Assembly (NCBI GenBank): GCA_963761305.1 | Contig: CAVXGK010000002.1 | Location: 864,001 to 928,000, forward strand | DNA: 64,000 bases | Direction: 5' to 3' | Source: an uncultured Gemmatimonadaceae bacterium | Lineage (GTDB): Bacteria > Gemmatimonadota > Gemmatimonadetes > Gemmatimonadales > Gemmatimonadaceae | In this document: positions 1 to 10,769 of the stretch, piece by piece | How the letters are laid out: each line of letters starts with the position of its first letter | How positions within the stretch are numbered: position 1 is the stretch's first letter | Notes under the pieces: generated by a model | Database searches by the model: none | Told to the model about the DNA's origin: nothing | Seen by the model: only the letters and a program-made list of their open reading frames with translations | Position numbers and translations under genes: made by a program

Positions 1-393
1 GAGGTGCAGGCGCGCACCGGCGGCTTCACGGCGTTCATCTGCTGGCCGCTCCAGCCCGAGAACACGCCGACGATGTCGCACATGCAAAAGACCGACGCGC
101 TCGAGTATCTGCGCACCGTCGCCGTCGCGCGCATCGTGCTCGACAACGTGCCGAATCTGCAGGCGAGCTGGGTGACGATGGGCATGAAGATCGGGCAGAC
201 CGCGCTCCGTTTCGGCTGCAACGACTTCGGGTCGCTGATGATCGAGGAAAACGTCGTGTCCGCGGCGAACACGACGCACCGCACGACCACGGAAGAGATC
301 GAGCGCCTCATTCGCGACGCCGGCTTCGCCGTCGCGCGGCGACGGCAGGATTACACGATCCTGCCGCTCGAGGCCGCCGGCGCCGCCGCGTGA
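1..393 (+). CDS. mqnC: cyclic dehypoxanthine futalosine synthase (radical SAM, CofH/MqnC family), 5'-truncated by the window edge
   Basis: C-terminal motifs FTAFICW, YLRTVAVARIVLDN, QASWVT, GCNDFGSLMIEENVV typical of MqnC. Confidence 0.85.
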   Translation, partial: EVQARTGGFTAFICWPLQPENTPTMSHMQKTDALEYLRTVAVARIVLDNVPNLQASWVTMGMKIGQTALRFGCNDFGSLMIEENVVSAANTTHRTTTEEIERLIRDAGFAVARRRQDYTILPLEAAGAAA

Positions 394-896
394 TCGGCTC
401 CGCGCGTCAATCGGCGCCGCGCGTCGGCATCGGCTACGACTCGCACAAGTTCGCGCCGCCGGGACCCCTCATCCTCGGCGGCGTTCCCATTCCGAGCGAC
501 GTGCATCTCGTCGGACACTCCGACGGCGATGCGGCTGCGCACGCGATCACCGACGCGATCCTCGGCGCGGCCGCGGCGGGCGACATCGGCGAGATGTTCT
601 CCGACCACGATCCGGGCAACGAAGGCCGCGACTCGATCGAGATGCTCCGCATCGCCGCGGAACGTGTTCGGTCGCTCGGGTGGATCGTGTATCAGGTCGA
701 CGTCGCCATTGTCGCCGAGAAGCCGCGCATCTCGTCGCACCGTGAGTTGATGCGCGTTCGGATCGCCGCCGCGCTCGCGCTCGACGCGTCGCAGGTGAGC
801 GTCAAAGGCAAGACCAACGAAGGCATGGGCTGGATCGGCCGCGGCGAAGGAATCGCCTGCATCGCGGTCGCCACGCTCGTGCCCGCGGCGTCGTGA
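390..896 (+). CDS. ispF: 2-C-methyl-D-erythritol 2,4-cyclodiphosphate synthase
   Basis: RVGIGYDSH, HSDGD, DAILGA, GDIGEMF, VSVKGKTNE motifs; GTGA overlap with upstream gene. Confidence 0.95.
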   Translation: MIGSARQSAPRVGIGYDSHKFAPPGPLILGGVPIPSDVHLVGHSDGDAAAHAITDAILGAAAAGDIGEMFSDHDPGNEGRDSIEMLRIAAERVRSLGWIVYQVDVAIVAEKPRISSHRELMRVRIAAALALDASQVSVKGKTNEGMGWIGRGEGIACIAVATLVPAAS

Positions 897-900
897 CGGC

Positions 901-1830
901 GTGGCAGGAGCGAGCATGCTGGACGAAGGCGCGATACTGCGATTTCAGCTCGACCGCTTCGGCGACTACCTGACGCTCGAGCAGGGCACTTCGCCCCGCA
1001 CGCTCGAGGCGTATCGCCGTGACACCGAGCGGCTCGTGGGCTACGTGGGGTCCAAGGGCGGCAAGTCGCCGGTGGACATCACGAGCCGCGTGCTCCGCGA
1101 GTTCGTGTATCACCTGAAGGACGTCGGCCTCTCGCCGTCGTCCATCCGTCGGAACATCTCGGCCGTCCGCACCTATTTTCGTTTCCTGATGGCCGACGGC
1201 GCCGTCACGCGCGACCCCAGCGAACGACTCGAGACGCCGAAGCGCTGGCGTACGCTGCCCGAGGTGCTCACCGTGGCCGAGATCGAGCGGTTGCTCGCGT
1301 CGCCGACGTTCGACGATCCGCTGGTGTTCCGCGATCGCGCGATGCTCGAGCTGGCGTACGGCGCCGGACTGCGCGTGTCCGAGTGGATCTCGCTCGGTAC
1401 GCGCGACCTGCTGCTCGAGGACAAGCTCGTGCGCGTGTTCGGCAAGGGGAGCAAGGAGCGCCTCGTTCCCATCGGCCGCTCGGCGATCGCCGCCGTGGCG
1501 ACCTACATCCGCGAGTTGCGTCCGCGACTCGAACAGATCGGCAAGGGCGGGAAGGGCGTGCTGTTTCTCAACGCGCGCGGCGAGCCCTTGAGCCGGATGG
1601 GTGCGTGGAAAATCCTGCGCCGGTACGTGGACCGCGCCGGAATCGAAAAGTCCGTATCGCCGCACACCTTGCGACACTCGTTCGCGACGCATCTGCTCGA
1701 GGGCGGAGCCGACCTCCGCGCCGTGCAGGAAATGCTCGGGCACGCCGACATCTCGACGACGCAGATTTACACGCACGTGGATCGGGAGTATCTAAGAAAG
1801 GTGCACCGGCAGTATCATCCACGAGCCTGA
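901..1830 (+). CDS. xerD: site-specific tyrosine recombinase XerD
   Basis: RDRAMLEL.Y..GLRVSE, GKGSKER, SPHTLRHSFATHLLEGGADLR, LGHADISTTQIYTHV, C-terminal HPRA; start could be the ATG at 916. Confidence 0.93.
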   Translation: MAGASMLDEGAILRFQLDRFGDYLTLEQGTSPRTLEAYRRDTERLVGYVGSKGGKSPVDITSRVLREFVYHLKDVGLSPSSIRRNISAVRTYFRFLMADGAVTRDPSERLETPKRWRTLPEVLTVAEIERLLASPTFDDPLVFRDRAMLELAYGAGLRVSEWISLGTRDLLLEDKLVRVFGKGSKERLVPIGRSAIAAVATYIRELRPRLEQIGKGGKGVLFLNARGEPLSRMGAWKILRRYVDRAGIEKSVSPHTLRHSFATHLLEGGADLRAVQEMLGHADISTTQIYTHVDREYLRKVHRQYHPRA

Positions 1831-1882
1831 GCCACGGCCACCTGATCTCGCGTCTCCGTACCCCGCTCTCCGCACTCGCCTG

Positions 1883-2458
1883 ATGGTTCTCGTCATCGAC
1901 AACTACGACTCCTTCACCTACAACCTCGTCCAGTACCTGGGCGAGCTTGGGGCGGACGTCGTCGTGCGCCGCAACGATGCCGTGAGCGTGAACGACATTG
2001 GCACGCTGGCGCCGTCGGCCATCGTGCTGTCGCCGGGTCCGTGCACGCCGAAAGAAGCCGGCGTTTCCGTTGAGGCAGTGCGGCGCTGGGGTCCGTCGAT
2101 CCCTATCCTCGGAGTCTGCCTCGGACATCAGGCGATCGGCGAAGCGTACGGCGGCGACGTGGTGCTCGCCGACCGCGTCATGCACGGCAAGACGTCGCAG
2201 ATCTGTCACAATGGAAGCGGCGTCTTCGCCGGGTTGCCGTCGCCGATGGAAGTCATGCGCTACCACTCGCTGATCGTCGATCGCGCGTCCATACCCGACT
2301 CGCTGGAGATCATCGCCGTGGCGCAGGACGATCCGTCGGAGGTGCACGCGGTCAAGCATCGCGAACATCCCGTGTACGGCGTCCAGTTCCATCCGGAATC
2401 CGTGATGACGCCACATGGCAAGGCGCTGCTCAAGAATTTCCTGGAGCTCGCGCGGTGA
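1883..2458 (+). CDS. aminodeoxychorismate/anthranilate synthase component II (glutamine amidotransferase, TrpG/PabA)
   Basis: IDNYDSFTYNL, SPGPC, GVCLGHQ, RYHSL, QFHPES. Confidence 0.95.
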   Translation: MVLVIDNYDSFTYNLVQYLGELGADVVVRRNDAVSVNDIGTLAPSAIVLSPGPCTPKEAGVSVEAVRRWGPSIPILGVCLGHQAIGEAYGGDVVLADRVMHGKTSQICHNGSGVFAGLPSPMEVMRYHSLIVDRASIPDSLEIIAVAQDDPSEVHAVKHREHPVYGVQFHPESVMTPHGKALLKNFLELAR

Positions 2459-3597
2459 TCCGCCGTGCCGCCGCGCTCGCCCTGCTCGCGTGGGGCGGGG
2501 CGGGGCGGCTCAACGCACAGACGGCGGACTCGCTGCGACCTTCCGTTGGTCTGACAGGACTCAGCGGACTCAGTATGCCGACTTACGAGCGTGTGAGCGG
2601 GCTCGGGCTCCCCGTCGGGTTCGACGTCATCGTTCCGACGCTCAAGTTCCGCGCGACGCCGCTCGTCGCGTACCGGTCGCAGATTGGGGCGGTCGACCCG
2701 AGCGTCGAGGGCAAGATCGATCTCAGGCCGCGGACGACGCTCGACTTCTCCGCCGCGCGTGGGATCTTCACCAACGACGAGTGGATTCGAAATGATCTGA
2801 TCAACAGCTTCGAGTTCCTCGCGTTTGGTCAGGATGCGCGCAACTATTCGCGTGGAACGCGAGGTGAGCTCCGGCTGAGTCACGCCTTTGGGAACGCGCT
2901 ATGGAGCGCGACGCCCGAGCTCGGCGCCCGGGTCGAGCACGTCGAGAGCGTTCGCGCCGAATCGGTGCTGGAGGGTGGTCCGTTCACCTTCCTCGGTCGA
3001 GATGATTCGTTGGCGCGCTTGCGCCCCAATCCCACGGTTCAGGGCGGCGGCATCCAGTCCGCGCTCGCCGGAATTGAAGTGGACTTGGATAGCGCGGCGA
3101 TCCCCACGCATTTCCGGTTCGGCGCCGAGATGGCACATCAGTCGTCGACCACCGACGGCACGCCCGTCTTCGACCCTTGGTTCGCCCAGTTCACGTTCGA
3201 CGGCAACGTGACGTTCCCGACGTTCGGCCGACAGACGCTGCACCTCTACGCGCACGTCGTCACGACGAGCGGCGGCGACACGCCACGCCAGCGGTGGGCC
3301 TACATCGGCGGTCCCGGCACTCTGGCGACGATCGACATGCTCTCGCTCGGCGGCGATCAAGTCGTCTACCTCGACGCACACTACGCCGTCCCGATCCGGC
3401 GCTGGTCGATCCCGTTCCTCGGTCCGCCGCTCGTCGAGCTCCGCGAAGCACTCGGCGGCGCCGACTTCCAGAGGTTTCCGTCACTCGAGCAGCTGAGCGG
3501 AGTGCGTCTCGCCGCCGGCTACTTCTACGCCGAATGGCTCGTCGACCCGCGCCGCCGGAGGTCCATCGTTTCGGCGGGCATTTCGCTCTTCCAGTAG
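2455..3597 (+). CDS. hypothetical exported protein, probable outer-membrane beta-barrel
   Basis: N-terminal signal peptide (..LNA/Q), many amphipathic beta-strand segments, terminal strand SAGISLFQ; GTGA overlap with upstream gene. Confidence 0.6.
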   Translation: MIRRAAALALLAWGGAGRLNAQTADSLRPSVGLTGLSGLSMPTYERVSGLGLPVGFDVIVPTLKFRATPLVAYRSQIGAVDPSVEGKIDLRPRTTLDFSAARGIFTNDEWIRNDLINSFEFLAFGQDARNYSRGTRGELRLSHAFGNALWSATPELGARVEHVESVRAESVLEGGPFTFLGRDDSLARLRPNPTVQGGGIQSALAGIEVDLDSAAIPTHFRFGAEMAHQSSTTDGTPVFDPWFAQFTFDGNVTFPTFGRQTLHLYAHVVTTSGGDTPRQRWAYIGGPGTLATIDMLSLGGDQVVYLDAHYAVPIRRWSIPFLGPPLVELREALGGADFQRFPSLEQLSGVRLAAGYFYAEWLVDPRRRRSIVSAGISLFQ

Positions 3598-3627
3598 TCT
3601 CGGCTGGCGAGCTCCGTAGCGGCGGCT

Positions 3628-3750
3628 GAGAAAGGTGAACGCAGATGCCGCAGATTTGAACGGCATGCCGCGGATGAAAACAAAGGGTTACCCCGTTGCA
3701 GTTCATCTGCGGCATTGCTGTCCATCTGCGGCATCTGTGTGAAGTTTCTC
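3628..3750. repeat. long imperfect inverted repeat built of tandem GCAGAT/ATGCCGC units (REP/MITE-like palindrome)
   Basis: left arm GAGAAA..ACGCAGATGCCGCAGAT..ATGCCGCGGATGAA (3628-3678) pairs with TTCATCTGCGGCAT..ATCTGCGGCATCTGTGT..TTTCTC (3702-3750). Confidence 0.8.
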
Positions 3751-3897
3751 TCGGCCGTTCGAGTGGCCCCCTCGGCGCACCCGAATCGGTCAAGGGGCCG
3801 CTCGACCACCACGAGTTCGAGTCGGTTTGCTCCGCCTCGCCGGGCCGCCTACATTTGGGTACGTGATCGTTGCGGCCATCCCCCCTGAGCGCCGCGC

Positions 3898-6344
<2,447 letters not shown>

Positions 6345-6345
6345 C

Positions 6346-7161
6346 GTGACGACGCACTTCCGGCGCGATGCGCTCTTCCTGATTGCCGGACCGTGCGTCC
6401 TCGAATCCGATGCCTTGAATCTGCGCGTCGGTGAACACCTCGCGCGGCTCGCCGAGCGCGTGCCGGGCGGCATCGTCTACAAGGCGAGCTTCGACAAGGC
6501 GAATCGGTCGAACGCCGGCGCGCACCGCGGACCAGGAATGCACGAAGGTCTCGCGGCGCTCGACCGCGTTCGCACAGAAACCGGACTGCCGATTCTCACC
6601 GATGTGCATCTGCCCGACCAGTGCGCGCCGGCCGCCGAGATCGCCGACGTGCTTCAGATTCCGGCGTTCCTCTGTCGGCAGACGGACTTGCTCGTCGCCG
6701 CCGGCGCCACCGGCCGCGCCGTGAACGTGAAAAAAGGCCAGTGGATGCACCCTGAAGGCATGCGCGGCGCCGTCGACAAGGTGCGTGGCAAGGCCGATTT
6801 GGTGCGCCAATCCGAGGTGGCCGTCACCGAACGCGGCTCCTTCTTCGGATACGGCGATCTGGTCGTCGACATGCGGAGTTTCGCGCGCATGCGCGCCGCG
6901 TGCGACTGTCCCGTGATCTTCGACGCGACGCACAGCGTGCAGCAGCCCGGCCGCGGGGAAGGCGGCGCCAGCGGCGGCGCGCGCGAGTTCATCCCACCGC
7001 TGGCGCTCGCCGCGGCGGCGGCCGGCGCCGACGGTCTCTTCATGGAAACGCACCCTGACCCGGACAACGCGCCGAGCGACGGGCCGAACATCATTCCGCT
7101 GAATGAGCTCGACGCGCTCATCGGGCGCGTGATCGCCGTGTGGGACCGGGCACGGCGATGA
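6346..7161 (+). CDS. kdsA: KDO-8-phosphate synthase
   Basis: IAGPCVLE, KASFDKANRS, QIPAFLCRQTD, KKGQ, FDATHSVQQP, SDGP. Confidence 0.96.
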   Translation: MTTHFRRDALFLIAGPCVLESDALNLRVGEHLARLAERVPGGIVYKASFDKANRSNAGAHRGPGMHEGLAALDRVRTETGLPILTDVHLPDQCAPAAEIADVLQIPAFLCRQTDLLVAAGATGRAVNVKKGQWMHPEGMRGAVDKVRGKADLVRQSEVAVTERGSFFGYGDLVVDMRSFARMRAACDCPVIFDATHSVQQPGRGEGGASGGAREFIPPLALAAAAAGADGLFMETHPDPDNAPSDGPNIIPLNELDALIGRVIAVWDRARR

Positions 7162-7733
7162 TCGATCCCGTCTTCGCGCGCACGGTCAAGCTCGTCGGCT
7201 TCGATATCGACGGCGTCATGACCGACGGCGGCATCTATCTCGGCGACGTCGACGGCCGGCGGCTCGAGTTCAAGCGCTACGACATCCAGGACGGGATCGG
7301 CGTTTCGTTTCTCCACCGCGCCGGCGTGCGCGTGGCGATCGTGACCGGCCGCATCTCCGACAGCGTGCGCCATCGCGGCGCAGAGCTCAGCGTCGACGAC
7401 GTCGTGCAGGGGCCCGACGGCCACAAGCTTGCGGGCTTCCTGGAGATCATCCAGCGGCAGGGGATTCGTCCGGAGGAGTGCGCGTTCGTAGGCGACGACT
7501 TTCCCGACCTGCCGCTGCTCCGGCTCGTGGGACTTCCGGTGTGCGTCGGCAACGCCGTCCCGGAGGTTCGTCGCGAGTGCCGCGTGCACCTCGAGAGTCA
7601 TGGCGGTCGCGGCGCCGTGCGCGAGTTCTGTGAGCTTTTCCTCAAGGCACGCGGCGCCTGGGACGACGCATGGCACGGCTACGTGGCCGAGCGCTCGCTC
7701 TTTACGCCGTTGCCAACCGTGACCCAACGATGA
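7158..7733 (+). CDS. kdsC: KDO-8-phosphate phosphatase (HAD family)
   Basis: FDIDGVMTDG, DGIG, VGDDFPD, GGRGAVRE. Confidence 0.92.
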   Translation: MIDPVFARTVKLVGFDIDGVMTDGGIYLGDVDGRRLEFKRYDIQDGIGVSFLHRAGVRVAIVTGRISDSVRHRGAELSVDDVVQGPDGHKLAGFLEIIQRQGIRPEECAFVGDDFPDLPLLRLVGLPVCVGNAVPEVRRECRVHLESHGGRGAVREFCELFLKARGAWDDAWHGYVAERSLFTPLPTVTQR

Positions 7734-8695
7734 ACCCCGACGAGATCGTCGAGCGCGGGCGGCGCGTGATCCGCCTCGAGCGCGACGCGTTGTCCGCGCT
7801 CGAAGGACGCATCGGCCAGGAGTTCGCAGACGCCGTGCGGCTCATCGCTGAATCGCCGGGGCGAGTGCTCGTCGCCGGGGTGGGGAAGTCGGGACTCATC
7901 GGCCACAAAATCGCCGCCACGCTCACGTCCACAGGCACGCCGGCCAGTTTCCTTCACCCGGTCGACAGCGTCCATGGTGATCTCGGCATCGTCGGCCGGA
8001 ACGACGTCGCCATCCTGATCTCCAAGAGCGGCGAGTCGGACGAGCTCCTCGGCCTGTTGAGCCATTTGCAGGCATTCGGGGTACGAACCATCGCCATCAC
8101 CGGGGACCGGACGTCGGCACTCAGCCGGAACTCGGACGTCTCGCTCGACGCGGCGGTCAGCGAAGAGGCATGTCCGCACGACCTCGCCCCGACGACGAGC
8201 ACGACGGCGGCGCTCGCCCTTGGCGATGCGCTCGCCGTCGCTTTGTTGCAGGAGAAGGGATTCAAGCGCGAGGACTTCGCTCGGCTCCATCCGGGCGGCG
8301 CCCTCGGCCGACAGCTCGTGGTTCGTGTCGAGGAGATCATGCTCCGTGAGGAACTGCCCGTGTTGCGCTCGTCGGACACGCTGAAAGAGGCAATCCCCAT
8401 GATTGCCGCCCGGCGCGGCATCGCCGTCGCCTGCGATGCCGGACGCCGCGTCGAAGGGCTGCTCACGGCGGGCGACCTGAGCCGACTCATTCAACGGGGC
8501 GACGATGTGTTGCCGACGCCAGTGCACGCGGTGATGACGCGCCAACCGAAAGTCGCTCATGTCGGCGAGCTGGCCAGCGCCGTTGCCTACCGCATGGAGC
8601 AATTCGGCATCATGGCCACGCCGGTGCTCGACGCGCAGGAACGCCTCGTCGGCGTCGTGCACCTTCACGACCTCATGCGGGCTCGCGTCGCATGA
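7730..8695 (+). CDS. kdsD: arabinose-5-phosphate isomerase (KpsF/GutQ, SIS plus CBS domains)
   Basis: GVGKSG, STGTPA, HGDLG, APTTST, HPGG, C-terminal CBS pair. Confidence 0.95.
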   Translation: MNPDEIVERGRRVIRLERDALSALEGRIGQEFADAVRLIAESPGRVLVAGVGKSGLIGHKIAATLTSTGTPASFLHPVDSVHGDLGIVGRNDVAILISKSGESDELLGLLSHLQAFGVRTIAITGDRTSALSRNSDVSLDAAVSEEACPHDLAPTTSTTAALALGDALAVALLQEKGFKREDFARLHPGGALGRQLVVRVEEIMLREELPVLRSSDTLKEAIPMIAARRGIAVACDAGRRVEGLLTAGDLSRLIQRGDDVLPTPVHAVMTRQPKVAHVGELASAVAYRMEQFGIMATPVLDAQERLVGVVHLHDLMRARVA

Positions 8696-9276
8696 TGCGC
8701 AGCCTGGCGTGTCTGACGTTCGCCGCGGCGGCCATCGCCGCCGGCGCCTGCACCGACACCAAGCAACCGCCCGTGACTGAGGGACGCTCGGCCGCGGACA
8801 GCGCCGATCAGGTGCTGTTCGACGCGAACATTCTTCTCACGACGAACGGAATCCAGCGCGGCGACCTGACCGCCGATACCGCGTACGTGCTCAACGAGAC
8901 GACCCGGTTCGACCTCCGGCATCCGCACGTGAAGTTCACGACCGAGACCGGCGCGCCCGAAGGCACGATGGAAGCCAAGCACGGCGTGTACAACACGCCC
9001 ACACAAATCCTCGAGGGCTGGGGCGACGTAGTGGTCAAGCTCGTCGACGGGCGCACGCTTCGTTCGCCGCACGTCGTCTACAACCAGCTCTCGCACGTCC
9101 TCACGAGCGACACGAGCTACACGATCACGAAGCCGGATGGCGACATGCAGTCCGGCGTCGGATTCACGTCGACGCAGGCCCCCGGCGCCAAGCTCTCGAC
9201 GACGAGCGGCTTCACGTCGTTCCGATGCATGCGCGAGTGCAAGAGCAGCTCGTCGGTCCAGCTGCCCGAGCGATGA
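8692..9276 (+). CDS. lptC: LPS export periplasmic protein LptC (lipoprotein)
   Basis: lipobox AGAC, beta-jellyroll-like pattern (LTADTAY, MEAKHGVY, GDVVV, LRSPHVVY); canonical kdsC/kdsD-lptC-lptA-lptB-rpoN position. Confidence 0.8.
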   Translation: MMRSLACLTFAAAAIAAGACTDTKQPPVTEGRSAADSADQVLFDANILLTTNGIQRGDLTADTAYVLNETTRFDLRHPHVKFTTETGAPEGTMEAKHGVYNTPTQILEGWGDVVVKLVDGRTLRSPHVVYNQLSHVLTSDTSYTITKPDGDMQSGVGFTSTQAPGAKLSTTSGFTSFRCMRECKSSSSVQLPER

Positions 9277-10769
9277 GCCGTCGTGTCTCGTTCGGCGCGT
9301 TTGTGATTGCGCTGGCGATCTCTCGCACCGGAGGCGCCCAGCAAGCGGGTACCGCGGCGCCAGCCAAATCCACGCGCTGCACGTCGAGCAGCGATCGACT
9401 CGCGAGCGACAGCGTGCCCGGTGTCGGCCAGATCACGTTCCTCGGCGGTCACGTCGTGATCCGCTGTCCGGCGCGAGGCATCGTTCTCACCGGCGACAGC
9501 GCCGAGGCGTATCCCGATCACGACCAACTGGTGAAAAACGCGACGGCCGACGAGCCGCGGTTTCACGTCACCGCCGACTTCCTCAATTATTTCCCAACCG
9601 ATGAGCGCGTCGTTGGCGCGGGCAACGTCCACGCGAAGACAGCAAGCGGCTCGACGCTCGTGGGGCCGCAGGCCGAGTACAAGCGCGCCGTGCTGAGGAT
9701 TCGTCCGCGCGAGCAGATGAGCGCCATCGCGCGGCCCACTATCACCATCGTCCAACGCGATTCGACCGGGAAGCTCGCACCGCCGATGACGGTCATCGCC
9801 GACCACGTCTTCATGGACGGCGACAGCCTCGTCTACGGCGGGGGACGCGTCGTCATCACGCGGCCGTCGGATGATCTCAAAGACACGGCTCTCACCGCGA
9901 CCGGCGATTCCGCATTCATCGATCAGGGCAAGGAGACGATGCGGTTGATGCGTGGTCCGAAGGTGGTCGGCAAACGCGATCATCCGTTCACGCTCACCGG
10001 CGTTCTCATCGACATGTTCTCGTCGAACCGGAAGCTGACGCGCGTGATCGCGCGCGCGAACGCCAAGGCCGTATCCGATTCGATGACGCTCACGTCCGAC
10101 ACCATCGACCTGCGCGTGCGTAACGATCTGCTCGACCACGCCTACGCGTGGAGCTCGGTGAATCGGGCGAAGGTCGTGTCGCCGAGCCAGAACATGATCG
10201 CCGATTCGCTCGACGTCACGATGCCTGGGCAACAGATGCGGCTCGTGCGCGCGTTGCGCAAAGCGTTCGCGCAGGGCAGGCCGGATACGACGAAGTACAA
10301 GATCACCAAGCCCGACACGACTGACTGGCTCCGCGGCGACACGGTCATCGCGCACTTCGACACGTCGGCGCGTTCGCCGCGCGACACGTCGAAAGCGCCG
10401 CGCATCCAACGGCTCGTCGCCCTGGGAAACGCCAGCTCGCTCTATCACGTCGCGCCGAGCGACACCAGCGTGCGGCAGGCGTCGCTCAGCTACGTGACGG
10501 CGCGCGACATCACCGTCCTATTCTCCCCCGATTCGCAGAAGGTCGCGACGGTGTCGACCGTCGATTCGGTCAACGGCGTTTTCGTCGAGGCGCGCCCCGA
10601 CACGACGGGTCGTCGGAAGGGCGGCGCGGCCAAGGGAACGACGCCATCGAAGACGTCAAAGACGCCCGCCGCGCCCCCCAAGACTCCGGTTCCCACGCCG
10701 GCGAAGCCGCCGTCCGCGTCGAGCTTCGACCGTTCGCCGTCCGATTCGTCAACTTTGCATCGCCCGTGA
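9273..10769 (+). CDS. lptA: extended LptA/OstA-like periplasmic LPS transport protein
   Basis: signal peptide, repeated jellyroll-type G-x-V and (A/G)D(S/T) units; located between lptC and lptB with overlapping stop/start codons. Confidence 0.7.
   Translation: MSRRVSFGAFVIALAISRTGGAQQAGTAAPAKSTRCTSSSDRLASDSVPGVGQITFLGGHVVIRCPARGIVLTGDSAEAYPDHDQLVKNATADEPRFHVTADFLNYFPTDERVVGAGNVHAKTASGSTLVGPQAEYKRAVLRIRPREQMSAIARPTITIVQRDSTGKLAPPMTVIADHVFMDGDSLVYGGGRVVITRPSDDLKDTALTATGDSAFIDQGKETMRLMRGPKVVGKRDHPFTLTGVLIDMFSSNRKLTRVIARANAKAVSDSMTLTSDTIDLRVRNDLLDHAYAWSSVNRAKVVSPSQNMIADSLDVTMPGQQMRLVRALRKAFAQGRPDTTKYKITKPDTTDWLRGDTVIAHFDTSARSPRDTSKAPRIQRLVALGNASSLYHVAPSDTSVRQASLSYVTARDITVLFSPDSQKVATVSTVDSVNGVFVEARPDTTGRRKGGAAKGTTPSKTSKTPAAPPKTPVPTPAKPPSASSFDRSPSDSSTLHRP

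Noticed and set aside
901..1830. Tyrosine recombinase as integrase of a mobile element or integron
   Set aside because: The sequence is a typical housekeeping XerD in a core-gene context; no att sites or cassettes were seen.
3628..3750. GCAGAT repeats as a mini-CRISPR array
   Set aside because: The units are short and inverted, with no unique spacers of regular length and no cas genes.
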